From: Planctomyces sp. SH-PL62
Lineage (GTDB): Bacteria; Planctomycetota; Planctomycetia; Planctomycetales; Planctomycetaceae
Direction: 5' to 3'
DNA length: 64,000 nt
Assembly: GCA_945893045.1 (NCBI GenBank)
Contig: CAMDEA010000004.1
Span: 40,717-104,716 of the forward strand
Shown here: positions 17,951 through 28,900 of the stretch, piece after piece
How the letters are laid out: every line of letters begins with the position of its first letter
Numbering within the stretch: position 1 is the stretch's first letter
Made by a program: the position numbers and the translations under genes
Notes under the pieces: generated by a model
Seen by the model: the letters and a program-made list of their open reading frames with translations, nothing else
The model's database searches: none
What the model was told of the DNA's origin: nothing

Positions 17951-20900
17951 ATGAAGCTGGCCAGCATTCCCGTTTGCTTTCTGATGCTCCTCGCGTGTGG
18001 GCGGGCGGATGAGATTTCGTTTGAACGAGACATTCGACCGATCCTCTCTGCACGCTGCGTTGCCTGTCATGGTGCGAACAAACAAAAAGGGGAGTTGCGA
18101 CTGGATGCGAAGCGCTTGGCTCTGCGTGGTGGTGAGAGCGGCCCGGTCATCGTCCCAGGCAAGAGCGGCGAGAGTCTGTTGTGGCGACGAGTCTCCAGCA
18201 CGAACGATGACGAACGGATGCCGCCGGACGGGAAGCCGCTCACGGCCGAACAACTTGCGGCGTTGAAAGCGTGGATTGATGCCGGAGCAGTCTGGCCGGA
18301 ATCGGACGCGGATCGAGCGGCGGCGAACGACAAGCGGCGCGAGCATTGGGCCTGGCAGCCGATCCAACGAATGACGCCGCCGAACAACGAACATCCGATT
18401 GATACGATTCTCAAAACGAAACTTCATGCCAACGGATTGACGATGTCGCCGGAGGCCGATCGCCGCACGTTGATTCGACGGCTGACGTTTGATCTGCTCG
18501 GACTGCCACCGACGCCGGAAGAGGTTGAAGCGTTCGCCAGCGATCGTGATCCGCAGGCTTACGAAAAACTCGTCGATCGGTTGCTCGATTCGCCGCATTA
18601 CGGCGAGCGATGGGCGCGGCATTGGTTGGACATCGCTCATTACGCCGACACGCATGGCTTCGAGCGTGATCAGCGGCGCGATAATGCGTGGCGTTATCGC
18701 GACTGGGTGATCCGGGCGCTCAACGCCGACAAGCCCTACAACGATTTCTTGCGCGACCAAATCGCCGGCGACGTGCTGCGGCCCAACGATCCCGAGGCTG
18801 TCATCGCCACCGGATTCCTCGCGGCGGGTCCGTGGGATTTCGTCGGGCAGGCGGAGACTCCCAGTCCGGTGCTGAAGCGATTGGCTCGCGCGGACGATCT
18901 CGACGACATGCTGACGCAGGTGATGACGGCGGCGTGCGGAGTCACGATCAACTGTGCTCGGTGTCACGACCACAAGCTCGATCCAATTTCGCAGCGCGAG
19001 TATTACGGTCTGTCAGCCGTCTTCGCGGGAGTGAAGCGCGGCGAGCGTGAAGTCAGCGCGATCGAAGTCCGAGACCTTGCCGCTCGCAAGCAAGCATTGA
19101 ACGCCGAGCTGCAACAGGTTCGTACCGAACAGGCGAAGCTCAGCGGCCGGCATTTCGATCTGGCGGACATCGTCGGCGGTGGCGATGGACTCGGCACTGG
19201 CAAGCTGGGCGAGGGCATTGACCTGATCACCGGCAAGCCTCAGTCGGCGAAGCGAGGTTTCCTCGAAGGAGCCAAGCCAAACATCTTCGCACGCTCGACA
19301 GCGAAGTTTGTGGACGGAGTCGTCATCCCCGACCTCTCGCCGGAAGGAACGCAAATCTCTTCGACCGGCCTGAAGGTGATGAAACCGCCGCGCACGTCGG
19401 GACAAGCGTGGGACGCGATTCGCTTCGGCCCGGTGAACTCGCACTTCTCGACGAAGCTCGACGGTGTCGATTACGCGGCCGACGGTCACACGCTGCTGTC
19501 GCTGCACGCCAACGCGGCCATCACGTTTGATCTCGCCGCGCTGCGCGAAGCGGGTGCGCCCGCCGAAATGAAATTCACCGCGACGGCCGGGTACTTCGGT
19601 CAGACACCCAAGAACGGCGCGAGCTACTTCGTGTACGTCGATGGCGAACTGAAGGCCAATCAGAAAAACATCGGCCGAGACGACGGCGGCCTCGCGGTCG
19701 ATGTGGTGCTTCCGTCCCCCGCGAGGTTTCTCACATTGATGTCCACCGACGGCGGCAACGGCATCGGGCACGACCAGATTTGTTTCGCCGACCCCTGGCT
19801 GGTCGCCGCTCAACCGCCACCGCTGTCCGATGCCGACAAAGTTCAGCTTGCGCGTCTGCAACAACGTCGCGCAGAACTGGAGAAGGAACTCGCGGCGTTC
19901 CCCGTCCCAACGAAGGTCTATGCCGTCATCACCGAAACTCCGCCGCCGGTAAAGCTGCTGAAACGAGGCGATCCCGAACAACCGGCGGACGAGGTTTCAC
20001 CAACATCGCTGTCGTGCGTCAGCGGTCTGAAGCCGGAACTCGGTACGTTGCAGTCGTCCGACGGCGAACGACGCAAGGCTTTCGCCGATTGGATCACGTC
20101 CCCTGCGAATCCGCTGACTCGCCGAGTCATCGTGAATCGGCTGTGGCATTACCACTTCGGGGCCGGCCTCGTGGAAACACCCAGCGACTTCGGACTCGGC
20201 GGCAGTCAGCCATCGCATCCAGAGTTGCTCGATTGGCTGGCCGACGAGTTGCTCGCCCAGCGCTGGTCGCTGAAAGCCATCCATCGCCTGATCTGCACGA
20301 GCGCGGCGTATCGCCAGGAGTCGAGTCGCCGAACTCGTGAGAGTTCGGTGACTGGACGCGGAAACGGAAGTCTCACGACTTCCGCTACGACACAGGCCAT
20401 TGCCATCGACGCCAACAACCGCCTCCTCTGGCGAATGAACCCGTGCCGGTTGGATGCCGAGTCTTTGCGAGACTCGGTGCTGTCCGTGAGCGGCAAGCTC
20501 AACGCGACGATGTTCGGCCCCGGCTATCGCGACTTCGAGTACCAAGAGGAGTACGCCCCGGTCTATCGCTACATCACACCCGACTCGCCCGACCTGTGGC
20601 GGCGCAGTGTCTATCGCTTCGCCGTGCGGACGACGACCCATCAATTTCTGACGACGCTCGATTGTCCAAGTCCCGCGAACCTGGTCCCCGCTCGCAACAC
20701 GACGACCACGGCGCTGCAATCGCTGACGTTGCTCAACAACGATTTCATGCTGCGTCAGAGCGGCTACTTCGCCGACCGCGTGAAGGCCAATGCGGGAACA
20801 GAGCCGACCGCGCAAGTGGCTCGCGCGTTCCAACTGGCTTTCGGTCGCAAGCCGACTTCGGTGGAGACCGCTGCCGCCGTGTCGCTCGTGCAAGGACGCG

Positions 20901-20959
20901 ATCTCACCCAACTCTGTCGAATGCTTTTGAACGCCAACGAGTTTGTGTATGTGGACTGA
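17951..20959 (+). CDS. Planctomycete cytochrome c / DUF1549 / NPCBM-like / DUF1553 protein
   Basis: CVACHG, CARCHDHKLDP, ITFDL..FTATAG..FVYVDG..LTLMSTDGGNGIGHDQ (NPCBM-like), NPLTRRVIVNR. Confidence 0.93.
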   Translation: MKLASIPVCFLMLLACGRADEISFERDIRPILSARCVACHGANKQKGELRLDAKRLALRGGESGPVIVPGKSGESLLWRRVSSTNDDERMPPDGKPLTAEQLAALKAWIDAGAVWPESDADRAAANDKRREHWAWQPIQRMTPPNNEHPIDTILKTKLHANGLTMSPEADRRTLIRRLTFDLLGLPPTPEEVEAFASDRDPQAYEKLVDRLLDSPHYGERWARHWLDIAHYADTHGFERDQRRDNAWRYRDWVIRALNADKPYNDFLRDQIAGDVLRPNDPEAVIATGFLAAGPWDFVGQAETPSPVLKRLARADDLDDMLTQVMTAACGVTINCARCHDHKLDPISQREYYGLSAVFAGVKRGEREVSAIEVRDLAARKQALNAELQQVRTEQAKLSGRHFDLADIVGGGDGLGTGKLGEGIDLITGKPQSAKRGFLEGAKPNIFARSTAKFVDGVVIPDLSPEGTQISSTGLKVMKPPRTSGQAWDAIRFGPVNSHFSTKLDGVDYAADGHTLLSLHANAAITFDLAALREAGAPAEMKFTATAGYFGQTPKNGASYFVYVDGELKANQKNIGRDDGGLAVDVVLPSPARFLTLMSTDGGNGIGHDQICFADPWLVAAQPPPLSDADKVQLARLQQRRAELEKELAAFPVPTKVYAVITETPPPVKLLKRGDPEQPADEVSPTSLSCVSGLKPELGTLQSSDGERRKAFADWITSPANPLTRRVIVNRLWHYHFGAGLVETPSDFGLGGSQPSHPELLDWLADELLAQRWSLKAIHRLICTSAAYRQESSRRTRESSVTGRGNGSLTTSATTQAIAIDANNRLLWRMNPCRLDAESLRDSVLSVSGKLNATMFGPGYRDFEYQEEYAPVYRYITPDSPDLWRRSVYRFAVRTTTHQFLTTLDCPSPANLVPARNTTTTALQSLTLLNNDFMLRQSGYFADRVKANAGTEPTAQVARAFQLAFGRKPTSVETAAAVSLVQGRDLTQLCRMLLNANEFVYVD
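20325..20388. repeat. REP doublet (family C) inside the DUF1553 domain
   Basis: gtcgccgaactcgtgagagttcgg..cggaagtctcacgacttccgctac; same family as 20980 and 39582. Confidence 0.85.
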
Positions 20960-22481
20960 CTATCGTTCCAAGTCTGACCGTAGCCGAAGTCGTGAGACTT
21001 CGGGCATTCGTGAGAACACCGAACTCTCAGGAGTTCGGCTACATCAATCACGCCGCCAATTCCTCTGGGATCTCGGCGGCGGGTTCGGAAGCGTGGCGCT
21101 CGCGTCGCTGCTGCACGGCGATCGGTTGCTTGCGGCCGAGCCGATGTCGTCGAAGAACCCACTGGCGAGTCGGAAGGCTCACTTCGCGGCGAAGGCCACC
21201 AACGTTGTGCAGATTTTTTGCCCTGGGGGATTGAGTCACGTCGACACCTGGGATTACCGGCCGGAACTGGAGCGGCGACATGGCGAGGCGTTTGATGCCG
21301 AGTTGGGAAAGCAGACGTTTGCCGGTGTCGGCGGCAACTATGCCAAGAGCTTTTGGAAGTTTCGTCAGCACGGCGAGTGCGGTCGCTGGCTGAGCGATCT
21401 GTTTCCGAGGTTGGCGAGCCACGTCGGTGAGATGGCGTTCATTCACTCGATGCAGAGCAAGTCGGCGTTGCATGGGCCGGCGATGTTCATGGCCAACAGC
21501 GGGTTCATTCGCCCCGGCTTTCCGAGCATGGGGGCGTGGGTGACCTACGGACTGGGCAGCGAGAGTGAAAACTTGCCGGCGTTCGTCGTGTTGCCGGACA
21601 CGCGCGGACTCCCTCCGGGTGGATTGGCCAATTGGGCTGCGGGCTTTCTTCCTGCCGTGCATCAAGGAACGGTCATCGAGACGTCCGCCGAGCGGCCTCC
21701 GATCGCCGATCTCTTTCCGCCAGCCGATCGAAGCGTGTCACCGGACGCGGAACGAGACGGCCGCGAGTTCCTGCGAACGCTCAACGTCGCTCATGCGGAT
21801 CGGCGCGGGGATTCGTTGCTGGAAGCTCGCATTGCGGCTTACGAGTTGGCCGCGCGGTTGCAGATGAGTGCTCCCGAAGCGGTCGATCTGTCGGGCGAGA
21901 GCGCGGCGACGCTCAAACCATACGAACTTGACGACCCGGACGTCGGGCCGTTCGGGCGACAATGTTTGCTCGCGCGACGGTTGGTCGAGCGGGGCGTCCG
22001 CTTCGTGCAGATCTTCTGCGGTGCGGAGAACACGTCGTCGAAAAAGATTCGCCCAAATTGGGACAGCCACGAAGACATCGTCCGCGATCACGGCTACTGG
22101 GGCCGAGTGCTCGACACCGGAGCCAGCGCGCTCATTGCCGATTTGAAGCAGCGCGGGCTGCTCGATTCGACGCTCATCATCTGCACGTCCGAGTTCGGCC
22201 GGCAGCCGTTCATGCAAGGCTCACAGAAGGGACGTGATCACAACCCCGGCGTCTTCACCGCGTGGCTCGCCGGCGGCGGAATTCGCGGCGGCACCAGCTA
22301 CGGCACCAGCGACGACCTCGGCTGGCATGCGGCCGAGAATCCCAGCTACAGCTACGATCTGCACGCGACGGCGTTGCATCTGCTGGGGCTCGATCACGAA
22401 CAACTCAGCTTCTATCACAACGGCATCGCCCGCCGCCTGACCGACGTGCATGGCCATGTCATCCGCGATATTTTGGCGTGA
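20949..22481 (+). CDS. DUF1501 protein with a REP-derived N-terminal extension
   Basis: SRRQFL, GGLSHVDTWDYRP, ARRLVERGVRF, SEFGRQP, GRDHNP, RLTDVHG. ATG 20949 overlaps the upstream gene end and is the last in-frame ATG before the RR motif. Confidence 0.92.
   Translation: MWTDYRSKSDRSRSRETSGIRENTELSGVRLHQSRRQFLWDLGGGFGSVALASLLHGDRLLAAEPMSSKNPLASRKAHFAAKATNVVQIFCPGGLSHVDTWDYRPELERRHGEAFDAELGKQTFAGVGGNYAKSFWKFRQHGECGRWLSDLFPRLASHVGEMAFIHSMQSKSALHGPAMFMANSGFIRPGFPSMGAWVTYGLGSESENLPAFVVLPDTRGLPPGGLANWAAGFLPAVHQGTVIETSAERPPIADLFPPADRSVSPDAERDGREFLRTLNVAHADRRGDSLLEARIAAYELAARLQMSAPEAVDLSGESAATLKPYELDDPDVGPFGRQCLLARRLVERGVRFVQIFCGAENTSSKKIRPNWDSHEDIVRDHGYWGRVLDTGASALIADLKQRGLLDSTLIICTSEFGRQPFMQGSQKGRDHNPGVFTAWLAGGGIRGGTSYGTSDDLGWHAAENPSYSYDLHATALHLLGLDHEQLSFYHNGIARRLTDVHGHVIRDILA
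20980..21042. repeat. REP doublet (family C), 63 bp, in the leader-coding region
   Basis: gtagccgaagtcgtgagacttcgg..ccgaactctcaggagttcggctac. Confidence 0.9.
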
Positions 22482-22525
22482 CCTTCTGGAAGCGGCGCGC
22501 GATTCAATCAGCCGGAACGCGCTAG

Positions 22526-22728
22526 TGCGAGCGATCGCAAATAACCTGTCATGAAACCCCGAAATTCCCACGGATGGCAGAGCAATACCACGGATGAAGA
22601 ATGAGAAGCACTGTTTTATCCGTGGTATCGCCATGCCATCCGTGGGAAGCACCGGTCCAAGATGCTCGTTCTGATCAACAGGCAGGCCAGCGGTGGTTCT
22701 GGTGGAAGGTGAATTCCAATCTGTGGCA
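22526..22728. mobile_element. MITE-like insertion with CTAG duplication, splitting a REP arm (outer doublet about 22506-22778) and carrying an internal hairpin (22565-22648)
   Basis: CTAG at 22522-22525 and 22729-22732; degenerate terminal repeats (about 12/19); removing the insert rebuilds tcagccggaacgcgctagcgtccggtt. Confidence 0.7.
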
Positions 22729-22782
22729 CTAGCGTCCGGTTCGAGCCATCCCAAACCGGGCTAGCGCCCTGCGGATAAACTC

Positions 22783-25700
22783 ATGAAACTCAATACGACC
22801 ATCAAGCCACAACGTGGGTTGATCCTGCTTGGTGCTCTCACGCTGCAACTCGCGCTGGCTTGGCCGAGTGCCGCGGATGACAAGCCGGCGAAGGCTGCGG
22901 CGAACGATGCGGGCTGGAAGCATTCCGGTTCAATGTGGCTGCTGACGGATCGCGAAGGGGCCGACCTTCCCGCCGGTACGAAGGTGGAACAGTTCCCGGT
23001 ACTGGTGCGACTGCATCGCGACTTCTTCGACTTCACGCAGGTGAAGCCGAATGGCGCTGACCTGCGATTCTCGTCGAGCAATGGCGAGCGTCTCGCGTTT
23101 CAGATCGAAGACTGGGACGCGACGAATGGGACCACGAGCGTTTGGGTGCGAGTGCCGCTGATCGAGGGGAACTCGCGGCAGGAGATCAAGCTGCATTGGG
23201 GCAACTCGAACGCGACCAGCGAGTCCGATGGCAAAGCCGTCTTCAATGAGTCGAACGGATACCTCAGTGTCTGGCACATGAGTAACGACGTGCGGGACGA
23301 AGTCGGGACGCTCACCAGCACCGACAACGGCACGACACCGACGGCGGGGATGATCGGAACGGCTCGGCATCTGCCCGGCGGCAAGGGTGTCTTCGGAGGC
23401 GACAAGATCCCGAACTATCCGGTCGGCGCGAGTTCTCACAGCACCGAAGCCTGGTTCCGTCCCGAGCGACCGAACACAACGCTCATCGCCTGGGGCAACG
23501 AGCAAGCTCAAGGCAAAGTCGTGATGCAGTTCCGCAGTCCGCCGCACATCCGCATGGATTGCTACTTCTCCGGCGGCAACGTCGCGAGCGACAGCCGCCT
23601 GCCGCTCGGCGATTGGACGCACGTCGTTCACACCTATCGCGAAGGGGAATCGAAGATCTATGTGAACGGCGTGCTGGAAGGGACCAACCTCAAGCAAGGC
23701 CCACCGCTTAACATCCGGACGCCGGCGCGGCTGTGGATCGGCGGCTGGTACAACAACTTTGATTTCGTCGGCGACCTCGACGAAGTCCGCGTCTCACAAG
23801 TCGTGCGTTCGGCGGATTGGATCAAGCTGCAATACGAGAATCAGAAGCCAAACCAGACGCTGGTTGGCCCAATCGTGCAGCCAGCGGATGAGTTTTCGGT
23901 TTCGCAAATGAAAGTGGAAGTCGATGAGGGCCAGTCTGTCACCGTGACGGCAAAGGCCGGAGGGGCTCAAAAAGTTTTCTGGATCTACTCCAATCCGAAG
24001 CTGCCAGCCGACTTCAAACCGGTCGTGGCCACCGATCGGTTCTCTTTCACGTTCCCTGCTGGCCGTGTCTCACACGATGCGTATCGGAAGCTGCAGTTCC
24101 AAGCGATCTACCCCAACGCGGTGAAGTCGCAAGACATCACGATCAAGATCAACGAAGCCATTCCGGAACCGGACTTCACGCTGACTGCTCCGGCAACTTG
24201 GGACGGACGACAAACGATCGAAGTTGTTCCGCGAGTCACCAATCTGGCCGAGTTGAAGGCGAAGGGCGTTGATCAATTGCAATTCAAGTGGTCAGTCAAC
24301 GATGTCGCAGTCATCAAAGAAGTGCTGCCGGGAAAGTTGATCTTAAAGCGAGCACAGGGAAGCGGGATGCTGCGCGTCGAAGTGGCCGTCAGCAACGGCG
24401 GCGGAGCGTGGTACTACGAAACCAAAAAAATCGATGTGAAGGAACCATCGCCATCGGAGGAGCCCTTTACGTTGACTCGACCGCTTACCGCCAACGAGAC
24501 ACCGGAAGACAACCAATTCATTGCTTGTGAGGGGACCGATCAGGACGGTTTTCGTTTTGGCTATTTGACCTATGCCGGGGCACTCACTGAAACAGCGAAT
24601 TCCGTCTTCGTTCGAGTCTTCGCGGACGACAAACTCTTCGCCACTCAGACAGGCAAGCCGACGGCCGAGAAGACGTATTCGTTGTCGGTGAAGCTGAAGG
24701 CGGAGTTGGTGAAATATCGCACCGAATTTGGCACGAAGACCGGCGACAAAGAGACCGTGCTGCACACCGCGAAGAACATCGTTTGCGGCGATGTGTTCCT
24801 CATCAACGGCCAGTCGAACGCCGTCGCCACCGACTTCGGCAAAGAGAACCCGCTCGCCCCCAGCGAGTGGGTCCGCACGTTCGGCGCGACAGCGAGCGAT
24901 CCCAACGGTTCGCGGCTCAAGCTGTGGGCCAATGCGGAAGCTCGCAGTCCGGGTGGCAAGTCGGAGATCGGTTATTGGGGGATGGAACTCGGACGCCGCC
25001 TCTCCGAGCAACACCAGATTCCGATCTGCCTCATCAACGGAGCGGTCGGCGGCACGCGCATCGACCAGCATCAACGCAACAACGCCGATCCCACCGATGT
25101 CAGCACGATCTACGGCCGGCTGCTGTGGCGAATCCAACAAGCCAAGCTGACTCACGGCATCCGCGCCATCCTCTGGCATCAAGGGGAGAACGATCAAGGT
25201 GCCGACGGCCCGACCGGCGGCTATGGCTATGAAACCTATCGCCAGTTCTTCGTCGATCTCTCCGCCAGTTGGAAAGAAGATTTTCCCAACATCGAGCGTT
25301 ACTACGTCTTTCAGATTTGGCCGAAGTCCTGCGCGATGGGGATCAACGGCTCGGACAACCGCCTGCGTGAAGTGCAGCGCACGCTGCCAAAACTGTTCTC
25401 GAACCTCAGCGTGATGTCGACGCTCGGCATCAAACCACCCGGCGGCTGCCACTTCCCGGCAGCCGGTTACGCCGAGTTCGCTCGGCTGCTGAACCCGTTG
25501 ATCGACGCCCAGCTTTATCACCGCCACAGCGATGGCCCCCTCACACCGCCGAACTTGCAGCGCGCCTTCTTCACGACCGAACAACGCGACGAACTCGTCT
25601 TGGAATTCGATTCCCAAATCGTCTGGTCCGACGCGCTGACCAGCCAGTTCCATTTGGACGGAGAACCCAAGTCCGTCGCGTCCGGTTCCGCGAACGGAAC

Positions 25701-25845
25701 CTGCCTCACGTTGAAGTTGAAGAACCCCTCGCAGGCGAAGACCGTGACCTATCTCGATAGCGCCAATTGGAACCCGGACAACCTGCTCTACGGCAAGAAC
25801 GGCCTCGCCGCGCTGACGTTCTGCGAAGTGGCAATCGACGACTAG
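22783..25845 (+). CDS. DUF2341, LamG and sialate O-acetylesterase (SASA/DUF303) protein, secreted
   Basis: FPVLVRL..DLRF..QIEDWD..VWVRVP; WTHVVHTY..YVNG..LDEVR; GDVFLINGQSN, GGTRI, WHQGE, CHF. Confidence 0.88.
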   Translation: MKLNTTIKPQRGLILLGALTLQLALAWPSAADDKPAKAAANDAGWKHSGSMWLLTDREGADLPAGTKVEQFPVLVRLHRDFFDFTQVKPNGADLRFSSSNGERLAFQIEDWDATNGTTSVWVRVPLIEGNSRQEIKLHWGNSNATSESDGKAVFNESNGYLSVWHMSNDVRDEVGTLTSTDNGTTPTAGMIGTARHLPGGKGVFGGDKIPNYPVGASSHSTEAWFRPERPNTTLIAWGNEQAQGKVVMQFRSPPHIRMDCYFSGGNVASDSRLPLGDWTHVVHTYREGESKIYVNGVLEGTNLKQGPPLNIRTPARLWIGGWYNNFDFVGDLDEVRVSQVVRSADWIKLQYENQKPNQTLVGPIVQPADEFSVSQMKVEVDEGQSVTVTAKAGGAQKVFWIYSNPKLPADFKPVVATDRFSFTFPAGRVSHDAYRKLQFQAIYPNAVKSQDITIKINEAIPEPDFTLTAPATWDGRQTIEVVPRVTNLAELKAKGVDQLQFKWSVNDVAVIKEVLPGKLILKRAQGSGMLRVEVAVSNGGGAWYYETKKIDVKEPSPSEEPFTLTRPLTANETPEDNQFIACEGTDQDGFRFGYLTYAGALTETANSVFVRVFADDKLFATQTGKPTAEKTYSLSVKLKAELVKYRTEFGTKTGDKETVLHTAKNIVCGDVFLINGQSNAVATDFGKENPLAPSEWVRTFGATASDPNGSRLKLWANAEARSPGGKSEIGYWGMELGRRLSEQHQIPICLINGAVGGTRIDQHQRNNADPTDVSTIYGRLLWRIQQAKLTHGIRAILWHQGENDQGADGPTGGYGYETYRQFFVDLSASWKEDFPNIERYYVFQIWPKSCAMGINGSDNRLREVQRTLPKLFSNLSVMSTLGIKPPGGCHFPAAGYAEFARLLNPLIDAQLYHRHSDGPLTPPNLQRAFFTTEQRDELVLEFDSQIVWSDALTSQFHLDGEPKSVASGSANGTCLTLKLKNPSQAKTVTYLDSANWNPDNLLYGKNGLAALTFCEVAIDD

Positions 25846-25936
25846 AGGTTGAACCACCATACTGGGAATTCCCATTCGTGAATTTGTGTGGACAAATCTT
25901 AATTGGACCATGCGACATCAAGAGGAAAGACCACCG

Positions 25937-28900
25937 ATGATGCTCAAGAGTGTTTTCCAAACCGTAGCCACGTTCGCCAGAACGTGGGCTAACCGACGAT
26001 TAGCCCACGTTCTGGCCAGCCCGTTAAAAAACTCGGAAAGATGTAACCCGAAGCGTGAGCGAGGGTCAGAAACTCCGAGAATTCAAGAGTCGAACTCCCT
26101 CGCTGACGCTTCGGGTTACATTTTTCAACAGGCGGTGGCGAACGTGGCGACGACCGGCCTGCTGCTGACACTGCTGACTCTCTGGCCGAGTTCCGCTCCG
26201 GCCGCCGAGCCGGCGTTGCAACTGAAGAAGGGGGATCGCATCTCCTACATCGGCAATACGCTGGCCGATCGCATGCAGCACTCGGCGTGGCTGGAGACTT
26301 ACCTCCATGCGATCAATCCCGAAATGGATCTCACCTTTCGCAACCTCGGCTACTCCGGTGACGAGCTGAAGCTGCGGCAGCGCGAAGACAACTTCGGTAG
26401 CCCGGATCAATGGCTGACGAAGAACAAAGCGAGCGTCGTCTTCTGCTTCTTCGGCTACAACGAGGCTCTGCGTGGTGCGCCGGGTCTGGAAGGGTTCCGC
26501 AAAGATCTCGCGGAGACGATCGACGGGATGCTTGCGCAAAAGTACGACGGCGAAGCGCCGCCGCGGTTGGTGTTCTTCTCGCCAATTGCTCACGAGAACC
26601 TCAAGAATCCGAATCTGCCCGATGGCTCGGCGAACAACGCGAAGCTGGCGATCTACACGAAGGCCATGCAGGAAGTTTGTCAGGCGAAGAAAGTTTTGTT
26701 TGTCGATCTCTTCGCGCCGACGCAGAAGCTTTACGCGGCGGCCGACAAGCCGCTGACGATGAACGGCATTCACCTGCTCGATCACGGCGATCGGGCGGTC
26801 GCCAATGTCATCGTGAAGGAGTTGTTTGGCGTCACGAAGATCGACAAGGCCGAGAAGGAACTCGAATACCTGCGGCAGGCGGTGCTCGACAAGAACTATC
26901 ACTGGTTCAGCCGGTATCGGGTCGTCGATGGCTACAACGTGTTCGGCGGACGCTCGAAGCTGGCGTGGTTCGGGCAATCCAATGCCGACGTGATGATGCG
27001 CGAGATGGAGATCTTCGACGTCAAAACCGCCAACCGCGACGAACGGATTTGGGCGGTGGCTCGCGGCAGTGATCGAGCGGTCTCGGACATCAACTTGCCG
27101 AAAGAAATCGAGGTCAAAACAAACATCCCCGGCAAGCTGGATGGGGGCAAACATCAATATCTCGGCGGCAAAGAGGCGATCGACAAGATGAAGATCGCCG
27201 CAGGGATGCAGGTCAATCTCTTCGCCTCCGAAGAGATGTTTCCGGAGATCGTGAACCCCGTGCAGATGGCGGTCGATACGAACGGCCGTTTGTTCGCGTC
27301 GGTCTGGCCGTCGTACCCGCACTGGAATCCGACTGAGCCTCGGCGCGATCGCATCGTCTGCCTGCCCGACGACAACGGCGATGGCGTGGCCGATCGCTGC
27401 GTGATCTTTGCGGATGAACTCAACAGCGTGACCGGTTTTGAATTCTGGGGCGGCGGCATGTTGGTCGCCGCGTTGCCGGAACTCTGGTTCCTCAAGGACA
27501 CCGATGGCGACGACAAGGCGGACGTGAAGATTCGCATGTTGCAGGGCATGAGCAGTGCCGACTCGCATCACTCGGCCAACGCGGTACTGATGGGCCCGGA
27601 TGGTTGGCTGTATTGGTCGCGCGGCATCTTCAACGTCGCGGCGAACGAAACTCCGACGCAGACATTCCGTTCCGGAGCCAGCGGCGTGCATCGCTTCAAC
27701 CCGCGCACGTTTGAGATGGAATTCCATTTCCCGATTGGACCGAACCCGCATGGCGACGTCATCGATCAGTGGGGCTATCAGTTCGCGAACGACGGCACGG
27801 GCGGGGTCGGCTCGTATGTCAGTATCGGCAAGGGAGTCGGAGCGAAACCGTGGTTCAAGATGCGCGTGCGGCCCGTCGCCGCGACCGGCATCCTCTCCAG
27901 CAGCCACTTCCCGGATCAGAACCAAGGCAACTTCCTGATCTGCAACTGCATCGGATTCCTCGGCGTGTTGCAGCACGAAGTCAAATACAACGGGGCCGAG
28001 ATCACGGCGACGGAGATCGAACCAATCCTCGTCTCGAGCGATCCGAACTTCCGACCGACCGATGTTGAGATCGGCGGTGACGGCGCGCTGTATGTCTCCG
28101 ATTGGAGCAACGCGATCATCGGTCACATGCAGCACAACATGCGCGATCCGAATCGCGATCATGAGCACGGCCGCATCTATCGCGTGACCGCCAAAGACCG
28201 ACCGCTCTTGAAGCCCTTGAAACTCAAGGACAAGCCGATCGCTGAAGTCTGTCAGGCGTTCTTCACGAAAGAGAACAGCAACCGCTATCGCGCTCGCTTG
28301 GAACTCAGCGGTCGCGAGACCAAAGAAGTCACCGCCGCCGTCGGCCAGTGGGCTTCTGCGTTGAACCCCGCGAAGCCCGACGAGGCACAAGCGTTGCTCG
28401 AATGCCTGTGGGTCTTCGAGGAACATCGCGTCCCGAATCTCGAATTGCTTCAGCGCGTCTTCACGGCGGCGGAACCACGAGTCCGCGCGGCGGCCATTCG
28501 CACGCTCGGTCATTGGGGCACACGTCTCACCAATTGGGAGCCGACGCTGCTTGCGGCGGCACGCGATGACTCGGCTCTTGTCCGAGCGGAAGCCGTGAAG
28601 TCGGCGGTTTCGTTCGAGGGACTGACTGCCGCCGAAGCGATCTTCGAGGCGGCCACGCGACCGACCGATCCCGAACTGGATACGGTCCTGAACTACGCGC
28701 GCGGCAAGATCAACGTCGACAAGTTCGTGCAGGAGGCTGTGGCGTCGAAGAAACCGTTGTCGAAGGCGGCTCAGTCGTACGCGCTGCGAAATGCCAGCGT
28801 TGACGATCTGCTGAAACTGCCGCGCACCGAAGCGGTTTACGAGGCGATCCTGAAACGTCCGAACGCTTCGGCGACCGCACTGCGTGAATCGTTGCGCGGC

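Noticed and set aside
25843..25903. Possible tiny MITE with ends aggttgaaccac / gtggacaaatct
   Set aside because: Only about 8/12 terminal match and no clear duplication.
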